Of a stretch of 64,000 bases of DNA, positions 15,837 through 35,275 are shown piece after piece. Each line of letters begins with the position of its first letter. Position 1 is the first letter of the stretch. The stretch comes from the human T2T-CHM13v2.0 reference genome, Homo sapiens, in NCBI RefSeq assembly GCF_009914755.1, contig NC_060940.1; one strand, written 5' to 3'. The position numbers and the translations under genes were made by a program. Under the pieces are notes generated by a model that did no database searches, was not told the origin of the DNA, and saw nothing but the letters and a program-made list of their open reading frames with translations.

Positions 15837-16659
15837 TCAGCAGTGGACTGACCACTTAGAAAATAGATCCTCACTCACCAGCCTCTCGCGCTGCTTAACA
15901 CGCTAACTATTCTGGTGTCTGTCTCTGCCCATCAGTTCTTTTTCTGGTCAGAATCTGAATGTCCGATGCAATTGGTATAATGCAAACCAACTGCAAAGGT
16001 ATTTTGAAAGAGAATGATTTGAATTCCAAAGATTTAAAAGAGGCCCTTGGAAAAAATTCATGAAGGCTTCGATATATTTACAGAAATGGCCCTCTGCAAA
16101 AGTCAGAGGGGACGTAAGGATGTCTATTATGCCATCCTGCAGCCATGCAGAGTGCCTACACTCCCCAAAACAGCACCTGATAATGTTACTTTGAGGACTG
16201 ATGCAGAGTGCAAGTATAACCTCAATTTTGAAAGTATTATTTTTAATTGACACATAATTATAACCTCAGCTTTTAAAGACGAAACTTCAAAATAAGGTCC
16301 TATTCAACCTTTGTGCCACAAAAAACTGAAATTTTGGTCCATTTTCTTTATAGATTCACTTTGAGAGGCCTTTTTCAGGCATAGTTACTCTCAACAAGAA
16401 CCTCCTATAAATTATATTGTCACAAGAAGTCTCTTATTTTTGCCATAATTGCCCCATCATGGCATAATTGCAGGTATTTCAGCTGCCAACACACCAGGCC
16501 AAACTGCCTTGTTGGAGTGCTGTGTTTCTAGACCCTTTGGTTTGTCTGCAGAGATCTATCTTTAGTGGCCTCTTCCACAATATTTTGTATGAGCACTGGT
16601 CTGTTTTCTCAGCCCCCACTGTGGGATGCAGCTGCCTCCTATGCCCCTCCTTCCCTTAG

Positions 16660-16725
16660 GATGCGGAAGGGAGAGCTGTTTGACTATCTCACAGAGAAGG
16701 TGGCCCTCTCTGAAAAGGAAACCAG
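16660..16725 (+). CDS. PHKG2: PHKG2 exon 5
   Basis: MRKGELFDYLTEKVALSEKETR. Confidence 0.96.
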
Positions 16726-16821
16726 GTAAGGGTTGAGCCTGAAGCCCCAGGGGTGAGCAGGGGGTGGGACAGGGCAGGGAGGAGCCGAGGAGGAGACTGC
16801 ACCCGCCTCCCCTTCCCCCAG

Positions 16822-16985
16822 GTCCATCATGCGGTCTCTGCTGGAAGCAGTGAGCTTTCTCCATGCCAACAACATTGTGCATCGAGATCTGAAGCCCGAG
16901 AATATTCTCCTAGATGACAATATGCAGATCCGACTTTCAGATTTCGGGTTCTCCTGCCACTTGGAACCTGGCGAGAAGCTTCGAG
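16822..16985 (+). CDS. PHKG2: PHKG2 exon 6
   Basis: Catalytic loop HRDLKPEN and DFG motif. Confidence 0.97.
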
Positions 16986-17527
16986 GTGAGGGGATCTAGT
17001 GCCCTAATAGGCTTGGGAGGGGAGACCCAGGCCTGATGAGATTGGTTGGCTGGGTCTGAGTACCAAGTCCCTGGTGCCAAGAAAAAGGGAGAAGTCATTG
17101 GGCACTTGCCAAGTATCCTGTGGGCGCAAAGCCTATGTTTACCTCAGAGTGGGCATCCTGACCTGGGAGGATGGAGACAGACAAGCAGGCAGACAGACAG
17201 TGGTGCACAGTGGGCAGAGGGCCAGGCCAGGGGAACCCGGAGGAAGGAACGCCAATTCAGCCTGAGCCCCATAGAGGAGGTAAAAAAGGGAGCCACATGT
17301 TCAGCCACGTTTGGGGTCTGGAGTGCAGGACCACAAGAGCCTGATGTGATGTGTCCAGACTGCACTTCCCACCTGGGCCCTGGGCCTCAGGTTCACCTGA
17401 TGTGAATACAGTTGTTGTGACAGGAATGTTTCTACTGCAAATGGGAAACTTCAAATAAAATTCACCTGTGGGATTCTTCAGAGCCTTTAGTCTGCCACTG
17501 ACTCTCTCCCTCAATGGTTTGTACTAG

Positions 17528-19120
<1,593 letters not shown>

Positions 19121-19609
19121 AAATTCCTTATCTCCACTTCTTCCCCTTGGGTTGAGTGATAGTTGGAGATTATAGGAGGAGGAAGAGGTTTGGGCAGATA
19201 GGAATGCAGAAAATTTTTTTTTGCGTATGTATTATGATGTATGTAAAAATACATAATCTTTCCATATGCATTATGATATATATAAAACTAAGGTAACAAG
19301 TTGTGAGGAGTGGGTAGGTTGGCTTGGATAGTGGGTAGGTAGGGTTGGAGGAGGCAAATGATATGGTGGAACAAGGACCTTGAAATCAATCCAAAACCCA
19401 GGTTTTCCTAGGAAGGCCACCAGGAGCCATGGTGAGCCAACTGTTGCGCAGGGATAGTGCCTCAGCAGGAGACTTGGCAGAAGGCAGACAGAAGGAAGAT
19501 GGGAACACTGGTAGTCCTGGCAGCGTTGAGGAGGCTCCAGCAGAGATCCAGTGCTAAGGGCCCTAGAGGGGCTGGTGGCATCCCCTCAATCTTGGTCCTC
19601 TCTCCCCAG

Positions 19610-19700
19610 AGTTGTGTGGGACCCCAGGGTATCTAGCGCCAGAGATCCTTAAATGCTCCATGGATGAAACCCACCCAGGCTATGGCAAGGAGGTCGACCT
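19610..19700 (+). CDS. PHKG2: PHKG2 exon 7
   Basis: [15 protein letters not shown] (APE motif). Confidence 0.97.
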
Positions 19701-19794
19701 GTGAGTTCCTGGTCTCCCCCTCCCTCCCGTGCTTGCTGTCCTTTGCTGGGTCTGCCCGTCACCTAGTCCCGCCTGACTCCAGTCTCTTTCCCAG

Positions 19795-19948
19795 CTGGGC
19801 CTGTGGGGTGATCTTGTTCACACTCCTGGCTGGCTCGCCACCCTTCTGGCACCGGCGGCAGATCCTGATGTTACGCATGATCATGGAGGGCCAGTACCAG
19901 TTCAGTTCCCCCGAGTGGGATGACCGTTCCAGCACTGTCAAAGACCTG
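19795..19948 (+). CDS. PHKG2: PHKG2 exon 8
   Basis: [17 protein letters not shown]...STVKDL. Confidence 0.97.
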
Positions 19949-20017
19949 GTGAGCGGGGGCTGAGAGGACAGTAGGGGAGGCCCAAGAGCTGCCCCTCATG
20001 CTCTGGGTCTCTCCTAG

Positions 20018-20143
20018 ATCTCCAGGCTGCTGCAGGTGGATCCTGAGGCACGCCTGACAGCTGAGCAGGCCCTACAGCACCCCTTCTTTGAGCGTTGTGA
20101 AGGCAGCCAACCCTGGAACCTCACCCCCCGCCAGCGGTTCCGG
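20018..20143 (+). CDS. PHKG2: PHKG2 exon 9
   Basis: ISRLLQVDPEARLTAEQALQHPFF...RQRFR. Confidence 0.97.
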
Positions 20144-20231
20144 GTAAGCCTGAGTGTATCAGGGTCTGGGCCCGTTTCTCTGTCCCATGATCTTTCCCCT
20201 GCACTAGAGCTCACCCTGCCCCCCTTCCCAG

Positions 20232-20525
20232 GTGGCAGTGTGGACAGTGCTGGCTGCTGGACGAGTGGCCCTAAGCACCCATCGTGTACGGCCACTGACC
20301 AAGAATGCACTGTTGAGGGACCCTTATGCGCTGCGGTCAGTGCGGCACCTCATCGACAACTGTGCCTTCCGGCTCTACGGGCACTGGGTAAAGAAAGGGG
20401 AGCAGCAGAACCGGGCGGCTCTCTTTCAGCACCGGCCCCCTGGGCCTTTTCCCATCATGGGCCCTGAAGAGGAGGGAGACTCTGCTGCTATAACTGAGGA
20501 TGAGGCCGTGCTTGTGCTGGGCTAG
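20232..20525 (+). CDS. PHKG2: PHKG2 exon 10 (calmodulin-binding tail, stop)
   Basis: VAVWTVLAAG...EAVLVLG-TAG; joined CDS is 1221 nt, 406 aa. Confidence 0.97.
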   Translation: MAVWTVLAAGRVALSTHRVRPLTKNALLRDPYALRSVRHLIDNCAFRLYGHWVKKGEQQNRAALFQHRPPGPFPIMGPEEEGDSAAITEDEAVLVLG

Positions 20526-20758
20526 GACCTCAACCCCAGGGATTCCCAGGAAGCAGAACTCTCCAGAAGAAGGGTTTTGATCATTCCAGCTCCTCTGGGC
20601 TCTGGCCTCAGGCCCACTAATGATCCTGCTACCCTCTTGAAGACCAGCCCGGTACCTCTCTCCCCACTGGCCAGGACTCTGAGATCAGAGCTGGGGTGGA
20701 AGGGAGCCATTCTGAACGCCACGCCTGGCCCGGTCAGTGCTGCATGCACTGCATATGA

Positions 20759-20764
20759 AATAAA
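20759..20764 (+). terminator. PHKG2: PHKG2 proximal polyadenylation signal
   Basis: AATAAA with downstream GT-rich element. Confidence 0.7.
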
Positions 20765-20873
20765 ATCTGCTACACGCCAGGGAGAACAGGTGTCCTGTGT
20801 CTGTCTGGCTTGGGCAGGAAAGCCCAGAAGGTGCTCAGCAGGGTGCAGGGATGGTGCCATTCTGGCCCAGACC

Positions 20874-20879
20874 TTTATT
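20874..20879 (-). terminator. CFAP119: CFAP119 polyadenylation signal
   Basis: TTTATT on +, 17 nt beyond the CFAP119 stop. Confidence 0.75.
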
Positions 20880-20896
20880 GGGGAAAATGTTGGGGG

Positions 20897-21478
<582 letters not shown>

Positions 21479-21492
21479 GTCATTGGCTTTCT

Positions 21493-23197
<1,705 letters not shown>

Positions 23198-23539
23198 TCA
23201 CTTCACTCAACAGCTGTTTATGACCATGAGCTTCAGAAGCAGACAGATCTGGGTTTCAGCACTGGCTTGTTTCCTTAACTCATGTAACAAATACTGAATA
23301 CCCACTATATGCCCACTGTATGGTTTTCGGCACTGAACAAGACAGACAAGGTCCTGCCCTTACGAAGCTTATATTCTAGGGGAATAAACCAAGAAATAGA
23401 TCATTTCAGCTATTAAACATTCTGAAGCAAGAGCTATTAAACATTCTAAAGCAGGTGTTATTGTGCACTATGCATATATTTGCATATATTATTTCTCAGA
23501 ACAGTCCTGTAAAATGTGTGCTGTATCCTTAATTTCTAG

Positions 23540-23581
23540 ATAAGGAAGCAGTGGATTGGAAAGCTGATGGCTTGTGTATGA
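23540..23581 (+). CDS. PHKG2: PHKG2 alternative terminal exon, coding part IRKQWIGKLMACV*, giving a 374-aa isoform
   Basis: Acceptor tttctag at 23539 is in frame with the internal donor TGG|GTAAAG at 20387/20388; agrees with my recollection of the shorter PHKG2 isoform. Confidence 0.7.
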   Translation: MRKQWIGKLMACV

Positions 23582-23642
23582 TGATGCTACTAATAATGAC
23601 ATATTCCAGGCAGAAATCCCCTGCTTCTGCTTCCCATGGTCA

Positions 23643-23915
<273 letters not shown>

Positions 23916-24025
23916 TCATCACCCTACACCCACCACATGCTTTGGAGTCAGCCATTCCTCATGTTTTCCCAACCTGACCCCTCAGCCTTTGCCAAGAGCT
24001 CTTCCCACGCCCCCCTCAGTCCCTA

Positions 24026-24124
<99 letters not shown>

Positions 24125-24570
24125 TTACCTATCATGACAGGGCTGTGACAGCTAGTGCGTGAGACTGGGAGTTGGCCACCGGCGTGAAGCTGGGCTCTTT
24201 TGCCAGCTTGCTGTGTGACTATGCAAATCGTTAACTCTCTGGGCCTAAATGAACTCTTATGAGCCTCTCCATTTCTAAAGCCTAGGGTTAGGAATCTTGA
24301 ATTCTTTTTTCTGCTCTGCCACTACCTTGTATGACCTTGGTCAAGTACTCCCTGTGGCCCTCAGTGTCCCCCTCTGTACAATACTCCTTAGCGGCCATGA
24401 GACTCCATTTACATTCTGTCTTTGGCTCTTTTTTTCTCACACTGCCTCCTCTTTGGACTGGAGAGGCTGGAAAGCCAACTTCCAGTCACCTGGAGTAATT
24501 GCATCTCCAGGCCTCAGTCTCATCTGTAAAATGGGGATGCCCTGGCCACAGACAGGACTGTTGGGGAGAC

Positions 24571-24576
24571 AATAAA
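24571..24576 (+). terminator. PHKG2: Candidate distal PHKG2 polyadenylation signal inside CFAP119 intron 2
   Basis: AATAAA followed by GT/T-rich gtgtaatttttgtctc. Confidence 0.5.
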
Positions 24577-24618
24577 GAACGCAAATATTCAGTGTAATTT
24601 TTGTCTCTTCACACTCAC

Positions 24619-24650
24619 CACATGCAGATCCGGGGTCGGGGCAGCGGCGG
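24619..24650 (-). CDS. CFAP119: CFAP119 exon 2 (32 nt)
   Basis: PPLPRPRICMW; CAG acceptor, GTGAG donor. Confidence 0.88.
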
Positions 24651-24833
24651 CTGCGGAAAGAAAGCGAATTGGGGAAGGCAGCTGCGGTGTCCTGGCCCGT
24701 AGCGAATCTCCAGCAGGCCGGAGAAGCCGCTGTAACTTGCCATCTCATCTCAAGGACTAAGGAGAGGCGCGGGCGAGGGAGGGCTTCAGCAGGCCCTAGG
24801 TGCTCTACGCGAGCACAGTAACCACCGGGGTCA

Positions 24834-25782
<949 letters not shown>

Positions 25783-25967
25783 GTGAGGGCTCTGGCGCCG
25801 GGGGGGACGGGATCCAGCAGGTGTGTGCAGGGTGGAGGGTGTTTGGGGCTGTGGAACACCAGCCGTTCCCACATCTCTGCTCTGTGTCTTCTGCAGGTGA
25901 CGGAAGTACCGCCTCCTCCCGTCTGACGCCCCTCAGGGGACCCTGCATCGCTCCAGCCGCCGCGGCC

Positions 25968-26099
25968 ATGTCTGGGCCAGGCAACAAACGCGCCGCCGGC
26001 GACGGGGGCTCAGGGCCCCCGGAAAAGAAGCTGAGTCGTGAGGAGAAGACCACCACGACTCTTATCGAGCCCATTCGTCTTGGAGGCATCTCTTCCACG
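25968..26099 (+). CDS. RNF40: RNF40 exon 2 (start), E3 ubiquitin ligase BRE1B, 1001 aa
   Basis: gccATG; [21 protein letters not shown]...GISST. Confidence 0.96.
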
Positions 26100-26539
26100 G
26101 TTCGTGGGCTCTTGCCTTAACCCTCAGAACTTCCCAGAGCCCTCCCTCTGTTCTCTGGCCAAACTGTGCGGAATCTTACACCCACTTCCCCAAGTTTAGC
26201 AAGGTCCGCGTTACAGGACCTTGAAAGAAAGGTTAGAAAGAAGCTCAGAACACGACGCCTGTCTTCCCTTTACAGATAGGAAAACAGGTTTCCAGGGGGC
26301 GTGTGACTTGTCAAAGACTAAGGATTTACAAGGGGACAGGCAGAAACAACGTGAGCCTCCTCACAACAAAGACACTTTCGCTGTGTGTTGTCTGAGCCTC
26401 CTTAGATTCTGTTAGCGGTTAGTGTGGGAATACCTCCATCTCCCATGCATTGCAGATGCTCTGCTCCTCTTTCTCTCTCTGTGATTGGTTTGTGGGCCCT
26501 GCTTGACGCTCTCGTCGGCCCCTTTGTTTCCTTTGGTAG

Positions 26540-26707
26540 GAGGAGATGGACCTGAAGGTACTACAGTTCAAGAACAAGAAACTGGCAGAGCGGCTGGAAC
26601 AACGGCAGGCTTGTGAAGATGAACTCCGAGAACGAATTGAGAAGTTGGAGAAGCGGCAGGCCACAGATGATGCCACACTCCTCATCGTCAATCGCTACTG
26701 GGCCCAG
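26540..26707 (+). CDS. RNF40: RNF40 exon 3
   Basis: [19 protein letters not shown]...NRYWAQ. Confidence 0.96.
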
Positions 26708-26839
26708 GTGGATACCTTCTGCTTTCAAAGACCAGGCCTTGATTCAGCTGCCAATCCCCAGATTCCCCTGCTAGGAAAGGAGTATCATGTTGGAAAGCAC
26801 TAAGGGATTCATAACATTTTTGATGTTTTCTCCTTCCAG

Positions 26840-26981
26840 CTGGATGAAACTGTGGAAGCCCTTCTCCGATGCCATGAGAGCCAGGGGGAGCTGTCTTCAG
26901 CGCCTGAGGCACCTGGGACCCAGGAGGGGCCAACATGTGATGGGACTCCTCTCCCAGAGCCGGGGACATCAGAGCTGAGAG
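26840..26981 (+). CDS. RNF40: RNF40 exon 4
   Basis: [16 protein letters not shown]...TSELR. Confidence 0.95.
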
Positions 26982-27600
26982 GTAGGACCAGAGTGCTGGG
27001 ATCTGGGGAGCTTAAGTTCTGGGAGAAGTCCTGGGGAGGAGGGGACTTTGGTGTTGGGCCCCTGAATTGCCTATCTTACTACTTCTCACGAAATGGATTT
27101 CATGTTTGGGCAGTAAAGTGCAGTGCACAAAAACACAGGCTTTAGACTCTGACTAACTTGGTTTATAGAGCAATTCATGTTTTGACACCCATTTGTTTCA
27201 AAACAGTATTATGGTTGAGTATTAAATATGTATTTGACGCTTCCTAGAAATGAGTGTTGCACTTGCTATAAGGGAGGAAATTATAAACATAGTAAGCAGA
27301 AAGTACTGGGGCTCCTGAAACGGAATGATTGTGTGTGCATGCATGTGCGTGTGATTCTAATTATATTGGTAAAGTACAGGAAGCTTCCCTGAGGATGTGA
27401 TACGCAACTCTGTAGCTTTGAGGAAATTACTTTACCTCCCTGAATTTCATTTGTCTCACTTTCAGGATGGAGATAATAGTGCACTATAGGTTGTGTTGAT
27501 TAAGTGAACCATGAGTATTGAAGGGCTCAGTCTGGAACTTGGTACAGAGTGGTAGTAACTGCTGCTCTTATCCTCATGAGGGTCTGTCCATTCCTTCCAG

Positions 27601-27807
27601 ACCCCTTGCTGATGCAGCTGCGGCCCCCTCTCAGTGAGCCGGCCTTGGCTTTTGTGGTGGCACTGGGTGCCAGCAGCAGTGAGGAGGTGGAGCTGGAGCT
27701 GCAAGGCCGAATGGAGTTCTCCAAGGCAGCTGTGTCTCGTGTGGTAGAGGCCTCAGACCGCCTACAGCGCCGGGTGGAGGAACTCTGTCAGCGAGTGTAC
27801 AGCCGAG
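27601..27807 (+). CDS. RNF40: RNF40 exon 5
   Basis: [10 protein letters not shown]...QRVYSR. Confidence 0.95.
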
Positions 27808-28359
27808 GTGGGTTCTTTGTGCCCATACTGAAGGGGTGTCCATCCCCACCTGCATCTTGATGGCACCCCTTCCTGATTCCCCTAATGCCCGAGTCCAAGG
27901 GCGGCCAGAATTTCCCAAGGAATAAATCAGCCATGTTCTTGGAAGAGGTAGGTTAGGCTGTAGATGGGGGTTCCAACTTTGATTCCGGGATTGAATGCTA
28001 GAGAGATGGGTTGGAGGAGTTGTTGATGCCGGTAGAGGCTCCTGGCCAGAGGCCCCTCTGGAGCACTTGGTGTGGGTTGCGGATCCACAAGGCATAGCTT
28101 CAAGGGCTCAGGCCTTGTAGGTTGACAGGCTTCTCCCACCTTAGTTCTGCCACCCTCACCTGGACATGCTGGGAAAGTGGCTCCCCTCTCTGAGCTGGTT
28201 TCCTTCTCTGTGCAGTGGGGATAAAGACTCCTGGCTTTGTCATGAGAAATGGGCAAGACAGCTGGTGGATCACACTGGGTATATAGCAGACTCCAGAATG
28301 AGTTAGTTGTTTGCCCCATTGCCCTGAGCTGGGCTCTTACCTGGGCCCTGCCTTCCCAG

Positions 28360-28481
28360 GGGACAGTGAGCCCCTCAGTGAGGCGGCTCAGGCACACACC
28401 CGAGAGCTGGGCCGTGAGAACCGGCGACTGCAGGACTTGGCCACTCAGCTGCAGGAGAAACACCACCGCATCTCATTGGAG
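28360..28481 (+). CDS. RNF40: RNF40 exon 6
   Basis: [11 protein letters not shown]...HHRISLE. Confidence 0.95.
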
Positions 28482-28602
28482 GTGAGGAGCCGGGGGCTTT
28501 GGGGGTGTGATTAGAATCAGGCAGGATTTGGGTTAGATGGGCACTCAGGGACCTCAGGAACCAAGTCCCCCATCCAAGCATCTGCTCCCTCATTGTTCCC
28601 AG

Positions 28603-28749
28603 TACTCCGAGCTCCAGGATAAAGTGACATCGGCAGAGACCAAGGTGCTGGAGATGGAGACAACAGTGGAGGACTTGCAGTGGGACATCGAGAAGCTGCG
28701 GAAGCGAGAGCAAAAGCTCAATAAGCACCTGGCAGAGGCCTTAGAGCAG
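28603..28749 (+). CDS. RNF40: RNF40 exon 7
   Basis: [12 protein letters not shown]...LAEALEQ. Confidence 0.95.
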
Positions 28750-28846
28750 GTGGGGCAGGGGTGCTGGGGCAGGTGAGGCAAGGCTGGGCCCTTGGGCCTT
28801 AGCTCCTCCCCTCTACATCCATTGCCTGTCTGTTTTCTCTCCACAG

Positions 28847-28921
28847 CTTAACTCTGGCTACTATGTATCTGGGAGCTCCTCAGGCTTCCAGGGGGGCCAG
28901 ATCACACTCAGCATGCAGAAG
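28847..28921 (+). CDS. RNF40: RNF40 exon 8
   Basis: [25 protein letters not shown]. Confidence 0.93.
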
Positions 28922-29584
28922 GTGAGCGGCGTTTTCCTCCCACCCCTTCTCACAACCTCTTCTCTGTTGCACTCTTGAAATTCCCCTCAGGACAAAGGAC
29001 AAACATCCATCTCTGAGGCCCTTCCTGGTCACTCCTGCTGCTCTTTTTTTCATGCATTCATATACTTGTTGAGTAGATTTTTGAACACTTAGTGCTAGGC
29101 ACTAGGCATATTGGCGAGAACAAAATAGAGGTCAAAACTTTCATGGACCAGACAAGAAATAAATAAAAGAATATATCTTTAGGTTCTACTTGTGGTAACA
29201 GACAAGAAATCAGTAAAATAGCATATCAGTGTGTTATGAGTACCACAAAGATAAAGCACAGAAGAGAGAGCTAAGAGTGAGTTGGAGTCAGTTGGCATCT
29301 GGTGGTCACTGTGCCCTTTTTCCCTTTATTAGCACTTTAGGCCTTTCTGGAATGCCTTCCGTGACTCCCCATCAGTTAAGAGCCTTAGTTCCCAGCACCG
29401 ACCATGCAGTATTGAATTTTCTCCCATTTTTCTGGGAGCCCTTAGGAAAGTACTTGGTTTGGGGTGTCAGAATCGATCATTGCCCTGCACGGGGTGCTTG
29501 GGGTGGAGTGTATGCTGGGGATGTAAGGGAGGCCTGCTGCCACGTCTGGCCCTGCCTCCCATGGCCCTGCCTCCCACTCCTTAG

Positions 29585-29704
29585 TTTGAGATGCTGAATG
29601 CAGAGTTAGAGGAAAACCAGGAACTGGCCAACAGCCGTATGGCAGAGCTGGAGAAACTGCAGGCCGAACTTCAGGGGGCTGTGCGGACCAATGAGCGCCT
29701 CAAG
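29585..29704 (+). CDS. RNF40: RNF40 exon 9
   Basis: [18 protein letters not shown]...NERLK. Confidence 0.95.
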
Positions 29705-29800
29705 GTGGGCTGCTGTAGGGGCTGAGAGGTCCTGGGCCTGTAAGGGAGGGACTGAGCCCTGAATCCTGTTGCTGATCCCATTTGGGCATCCCTGCCCCAG

Positions 29801-29980
29801 GTGGCCCTGCGGAGCCTTCCTGAGGAGGTAGTGCGGGAGACGGGGGAGTACCGCATGCTGCAGGCCCAATTCTCACTGCTCTACAACGAGTCTCTGCAAG
29901 TGAAGACCCAGCTAGACGAGGCTCGGGGCCTGCTGCTGGCCACAAAGAACTCCCACCTGCGACACATCGAGCACATGGAG
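29801..29980 (+). CDS. RNF40: RNF40 exon 10
   Basis: [17 protein letters not shown]...HIEHME. Confidence 0.95.
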
Positions 29981-30162
29981 GTATGGCCCTGGAACAGGCG
30001 TTAGGGCTGGGCTAAGGGCCAAACCGTTAGTGTTGACGTGTTTGTGCCTTCCGAGGCCCTGTGTGCCAGCCAGGGGTCCCTGGGGAATAGATTCTTCCTA
30101 AGATACTGAGTCCTGAGGTGGGACCGAGGGGCTGTGTGGGTCCTTAACACATCAACCCACAG

Positions 30163-30298
30163 AGCGACGAGCTGGGGCTGCAGAAGAAGCTACGCACAGA
30201 GGTCATTCAGCTGGAGGACACGCTGGCCCAGGTACGCAAGGAGTATGAGATGCTGCGCATCGAGTTTGAGCAGAATCTGGCGGCCAACGAGCAGGCGG
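30163..30298 (+). CDS. RNF40: RNF40 exon 11
   Basis: [45 protein letters not shown]. Confidence 0.95.
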
Positions 30299-30904
30299 GT
30301 ATGTGGTGAGGATAGGGCGGAGGTGGGGCCTTATCTGGGAGTGCTGGGCCCTGGTGTGGGGCTGCTGCTTATCCAGATGCAAGAGGCTAAGGCCTTTTTT
30401 TTCACAGAGCCTCGGCTTCCTATGCAAAACAGGGCCTGCACTGCTTGGCTCCCAGGCACAGTGAGGGTCCGCCAGCTGGGGTGGCTGATGGAGCAGGCAC
30501 ATGCAGAGTCTGAGCTGTCAGCCCTGTCCTCATTCTTCTGGTCTGATGACGTCTCTGTCTCTCAGATACTTGTGTTACAAAGATTTATCAAATGCCACCT
30601 CTGAGCCAGGCTCTGTTCTAGGGTTTGGGGTTATGCCAGTGAACAAAACAGAATTCCTGCCATGTGGAGCAACATTCTGATAGAAGACAGACTAGAGGAA
30701 GACGAACTAGTAGAAGAAAAATGGAAAATGTGTTAGCTCTTGACAAATAGGAAAGTAAAGCAGAAAAGGAAGATAGGAAGTATCAGGAGAAAGGGTGTTG
30801 CAATTTTGAATAGGAGGCCAGGGAAATGTACTGGGAAGGTGATATTTAAGAATCTAGAAGAAGTTAACTAACTTTTGTGAATGTTACAGTTACCTTCTCT
30901 ATTA

Positions 30905-31063
<159 letters not shown>

Positions 31064-31315
31064 TTAAAAAAAAAACAAAAAACCCCACATATTCTATATT
31101 AGCAAAAATCGTATGAATAGGCAGTGTCAAGTTAATTTTGGGTGAGTTTCCTTGAAGTCAGCATTATTTACTTTGATGAGTTCATGCTCCGTTGAGGCCG
31201 CAATGTTCCCCTCCTGCACAGTGGGAGTGATGGCATAGCCTCTTACCCCACTGAGGGGTTGGAGTCCTAACCCAGGAACTGGTTCTGACACCTTTACTTG
31301 CTGATGCTCCTCCAG

Positions 31316-31437
31316 GGCCCATCAACCGTGAGATGCGCCACCTGATTAGTAGTCTTCAAAACCACAACCACCAGCTAAAAGGGGACGCCCAGCGATACAA
31401 GCGGAAGCTTCGAGAAGTACAAGCTGAGATTGGCAAG
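31316..31437 (+). CDS. RNF40: RNF40 exon 12
   Basis: [23 protein letters not shown]...EIGK. Confidence 0.95.
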
Positions 31438-31524
31438 GTGAGAAGGGGCCTGCCTGGGAAAAGGTTTGGCTAGACTCCAGTGAACACCATCTGACTTCAT
31501 CCCTCTTCCTCTCTGCCTTTGCAG

Positions 31525-31952
31525 CTCCGGGCCCAGGCCAGTGGCTCTGCCCACTCCACCCCCAACCTGGGCCACCCAGAGGATTCTGGCGTCAGTGCCC
31601 CAGCCCCAGGGAAAGAGGAGGGTGGGCCAGGCCCTGTCAGTACCCCCGACAACAGAAAGGAGATGGCTCCAGTGCCTGGCACCACCACTACTACCACTTC
31701 AGTGAAGAAGGAGGAGCTGGTCCCCTCTGAAGAGGACTTCCAGGGTATAACCCCTGGGGCCCAGGGCCCTTCCTCCCGGGGCCGAGAACCTGAGGCCAGG
31801 CCCAAGCGGGAGCTTCGGGAACGGGAAGGTCCCAGCCTAGGACCTCCACCTGTAGCCTCCGCTCTCTCAAGGGCTGATCGGGAGAAGGCCAAGGTGGAAG
31901 AAACCAAGCGGAAGGAATCAGAACTCCTCAAGGGTCTCCGAGCAGAGCTCAA
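31525..31952 (+). CDS. RNF40: RNF40 exon 13
   Basis: [10 protein letters not shown]...LRAELK. Confidence 0.95.
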
Positions 31953-32040
31953 GTGAGGCTCTGTTCCTGTCTCCTTCCTGACCCTGCCAGGTGGCCTCCA
32001 GTCCCACTCACTAAGACTTCCTCCTGTACCTTCTTGCCAG

Positions 32041-32158
32041 GAAGGCCCAGGAGAGCCAGAAGGAGATGAAACTGCTGCTGGATATGTACAAGTCAGCGCC
32101 CAAGGAGCAGCGGGATAAGGTGCAGCTCATGGCAGCGGAACGCAAGGCTAAGGCCGAG
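32041..32158 (+). CDS. RNF40: RNF40 exon 14
   Basis: [17 protein letters not shown]...KAKAE. Confidence 0.95.
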
Positions 32159-32259
32159 GTGAGGGCAGCTGGGGCTTGTGGGGCATTCAGAAAGGCAGAG
32201 CAGAGTCCTAGCTCAGCAGGAAGCAGTGTCAAGAGAGTTTCTTCTTCCCTGTGCTATAG

Positions 32260-32409
32260 GTTGATGAGCTGCGGAGCCGCATCCGGGAATTGGAGGAGAG
32301 GGATCGAAGGGAGAGCAAGAAGATCGCGGATGAGGATGCCCTGCGGCGCATTCGGCAGGCAGAGGAGCAGATAGAACACCTGCAGCGCAAGCTGGGTGCC
32401 ACCAAGCAG
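32260..32409 (+). CDS. RNF40: RNF40 exon 15
   Basis: [31 protein letters not shown]...ATKQ. Confidence 0.95.
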
Positions 32410-32607
32410 GTGCGGCCCATGTGGTGCCCTCGCGTCGGAGCGCAGGGAGTTCCCTTCATACCCTGTTTGGTGCCTCTAGTGCCTGCAGGACCTTGATGAT
32501 CTGGGTCCCCTCTGTAGTTCTTTGCTTCGCTGCGTTTTCCCATGGTTCCCCCACAGCCATCCTGTCCACTTCCCACGTTCCATCTTGTCTCTGCCCACTT
32601 GCTGCAG

Positions 32608-32820
32608 GAGGAGGAGGCTCTGCTCTCAGAGATGGATGTGACAGGTCAGGCTTTTGAGGACATGCAGGAACAGAACGGGCGGCTGCTACAGCAGTTGCGG
32701 GAAAAGGATGATGCCAACTTTAAGCTAATGTCAGAGCGGATCAAGGCCAACCAGATTCACAAGCTGCTGCGGGAGGAGAAGGATGAGTTGGGCGAGCAGG
32801 TCCTTGGCCTCAAGTCCCAG
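32608..32820 (+). CDS. RNF40: RNF40 exon 16
   Basis: [23 protein letters not shown]...LKSQ. Confidence 0.96.
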
Positions 32821-32896
32821 GTATGGCCGCCGCCAGCTTGCAGACTGGAGCTGGAGAGGTGGGGGTCATGGCCCTGAGTCCTCCTCTGGTCCTTAG

Positions 32897-33022
32897 GTGG
32901 ATGCCCAGCTGCTGACTGTGCAGAAGCTGGAGGAGAAGGAGCGAGCCTTGCAGGGCAGCCTCGGGGGTGTGGAGAAGGAGCTGACGCTGCGCAGCCAAGC
33001 CCTGGAGCTCAACAAGCGGAAG
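32897..33022 (+). CDS. RNF40: RNF40 exon 17
   Basis: [16 protein letters not shown]...LNKRK. Confidence 0.95.
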
Positions 33023-33203
33023 GTGAGGCTGGGCCAGGGGGACACACAGCTTGGGCTGCTGGCTCACCTCCTCACCTTCCGGTTCTGCTCAGAGCACCCG
33101 ATGCAATAGCCTGAGGTGAAGCCAGGCTGTCACAGAACAGCTCACACATATTGAACATTTACATGTGCCAGACCACATGCTGAGTACTTGACATGCTTGG
33201 TCA

Positions 33204-35090
<1,887 letters not shown>

Positions 35091-35275
35091 ACAGCATCAC
35101 ACGGGAGGAACTGGAGAGGGAGAACAGGAGGGGAGGGCTTAGGGCTCAGGAGGCAGGAGCAGCTCCAGGGCAGGTGTCACTGGGGCCCTGGACAGAAGCA
35201 TTGGTGGGCCGTGACTCCACATGCCTGAGTCACCAGGCTCAGACCAGTGCCTCCTTCCTGTTCCACCCTACTCAG

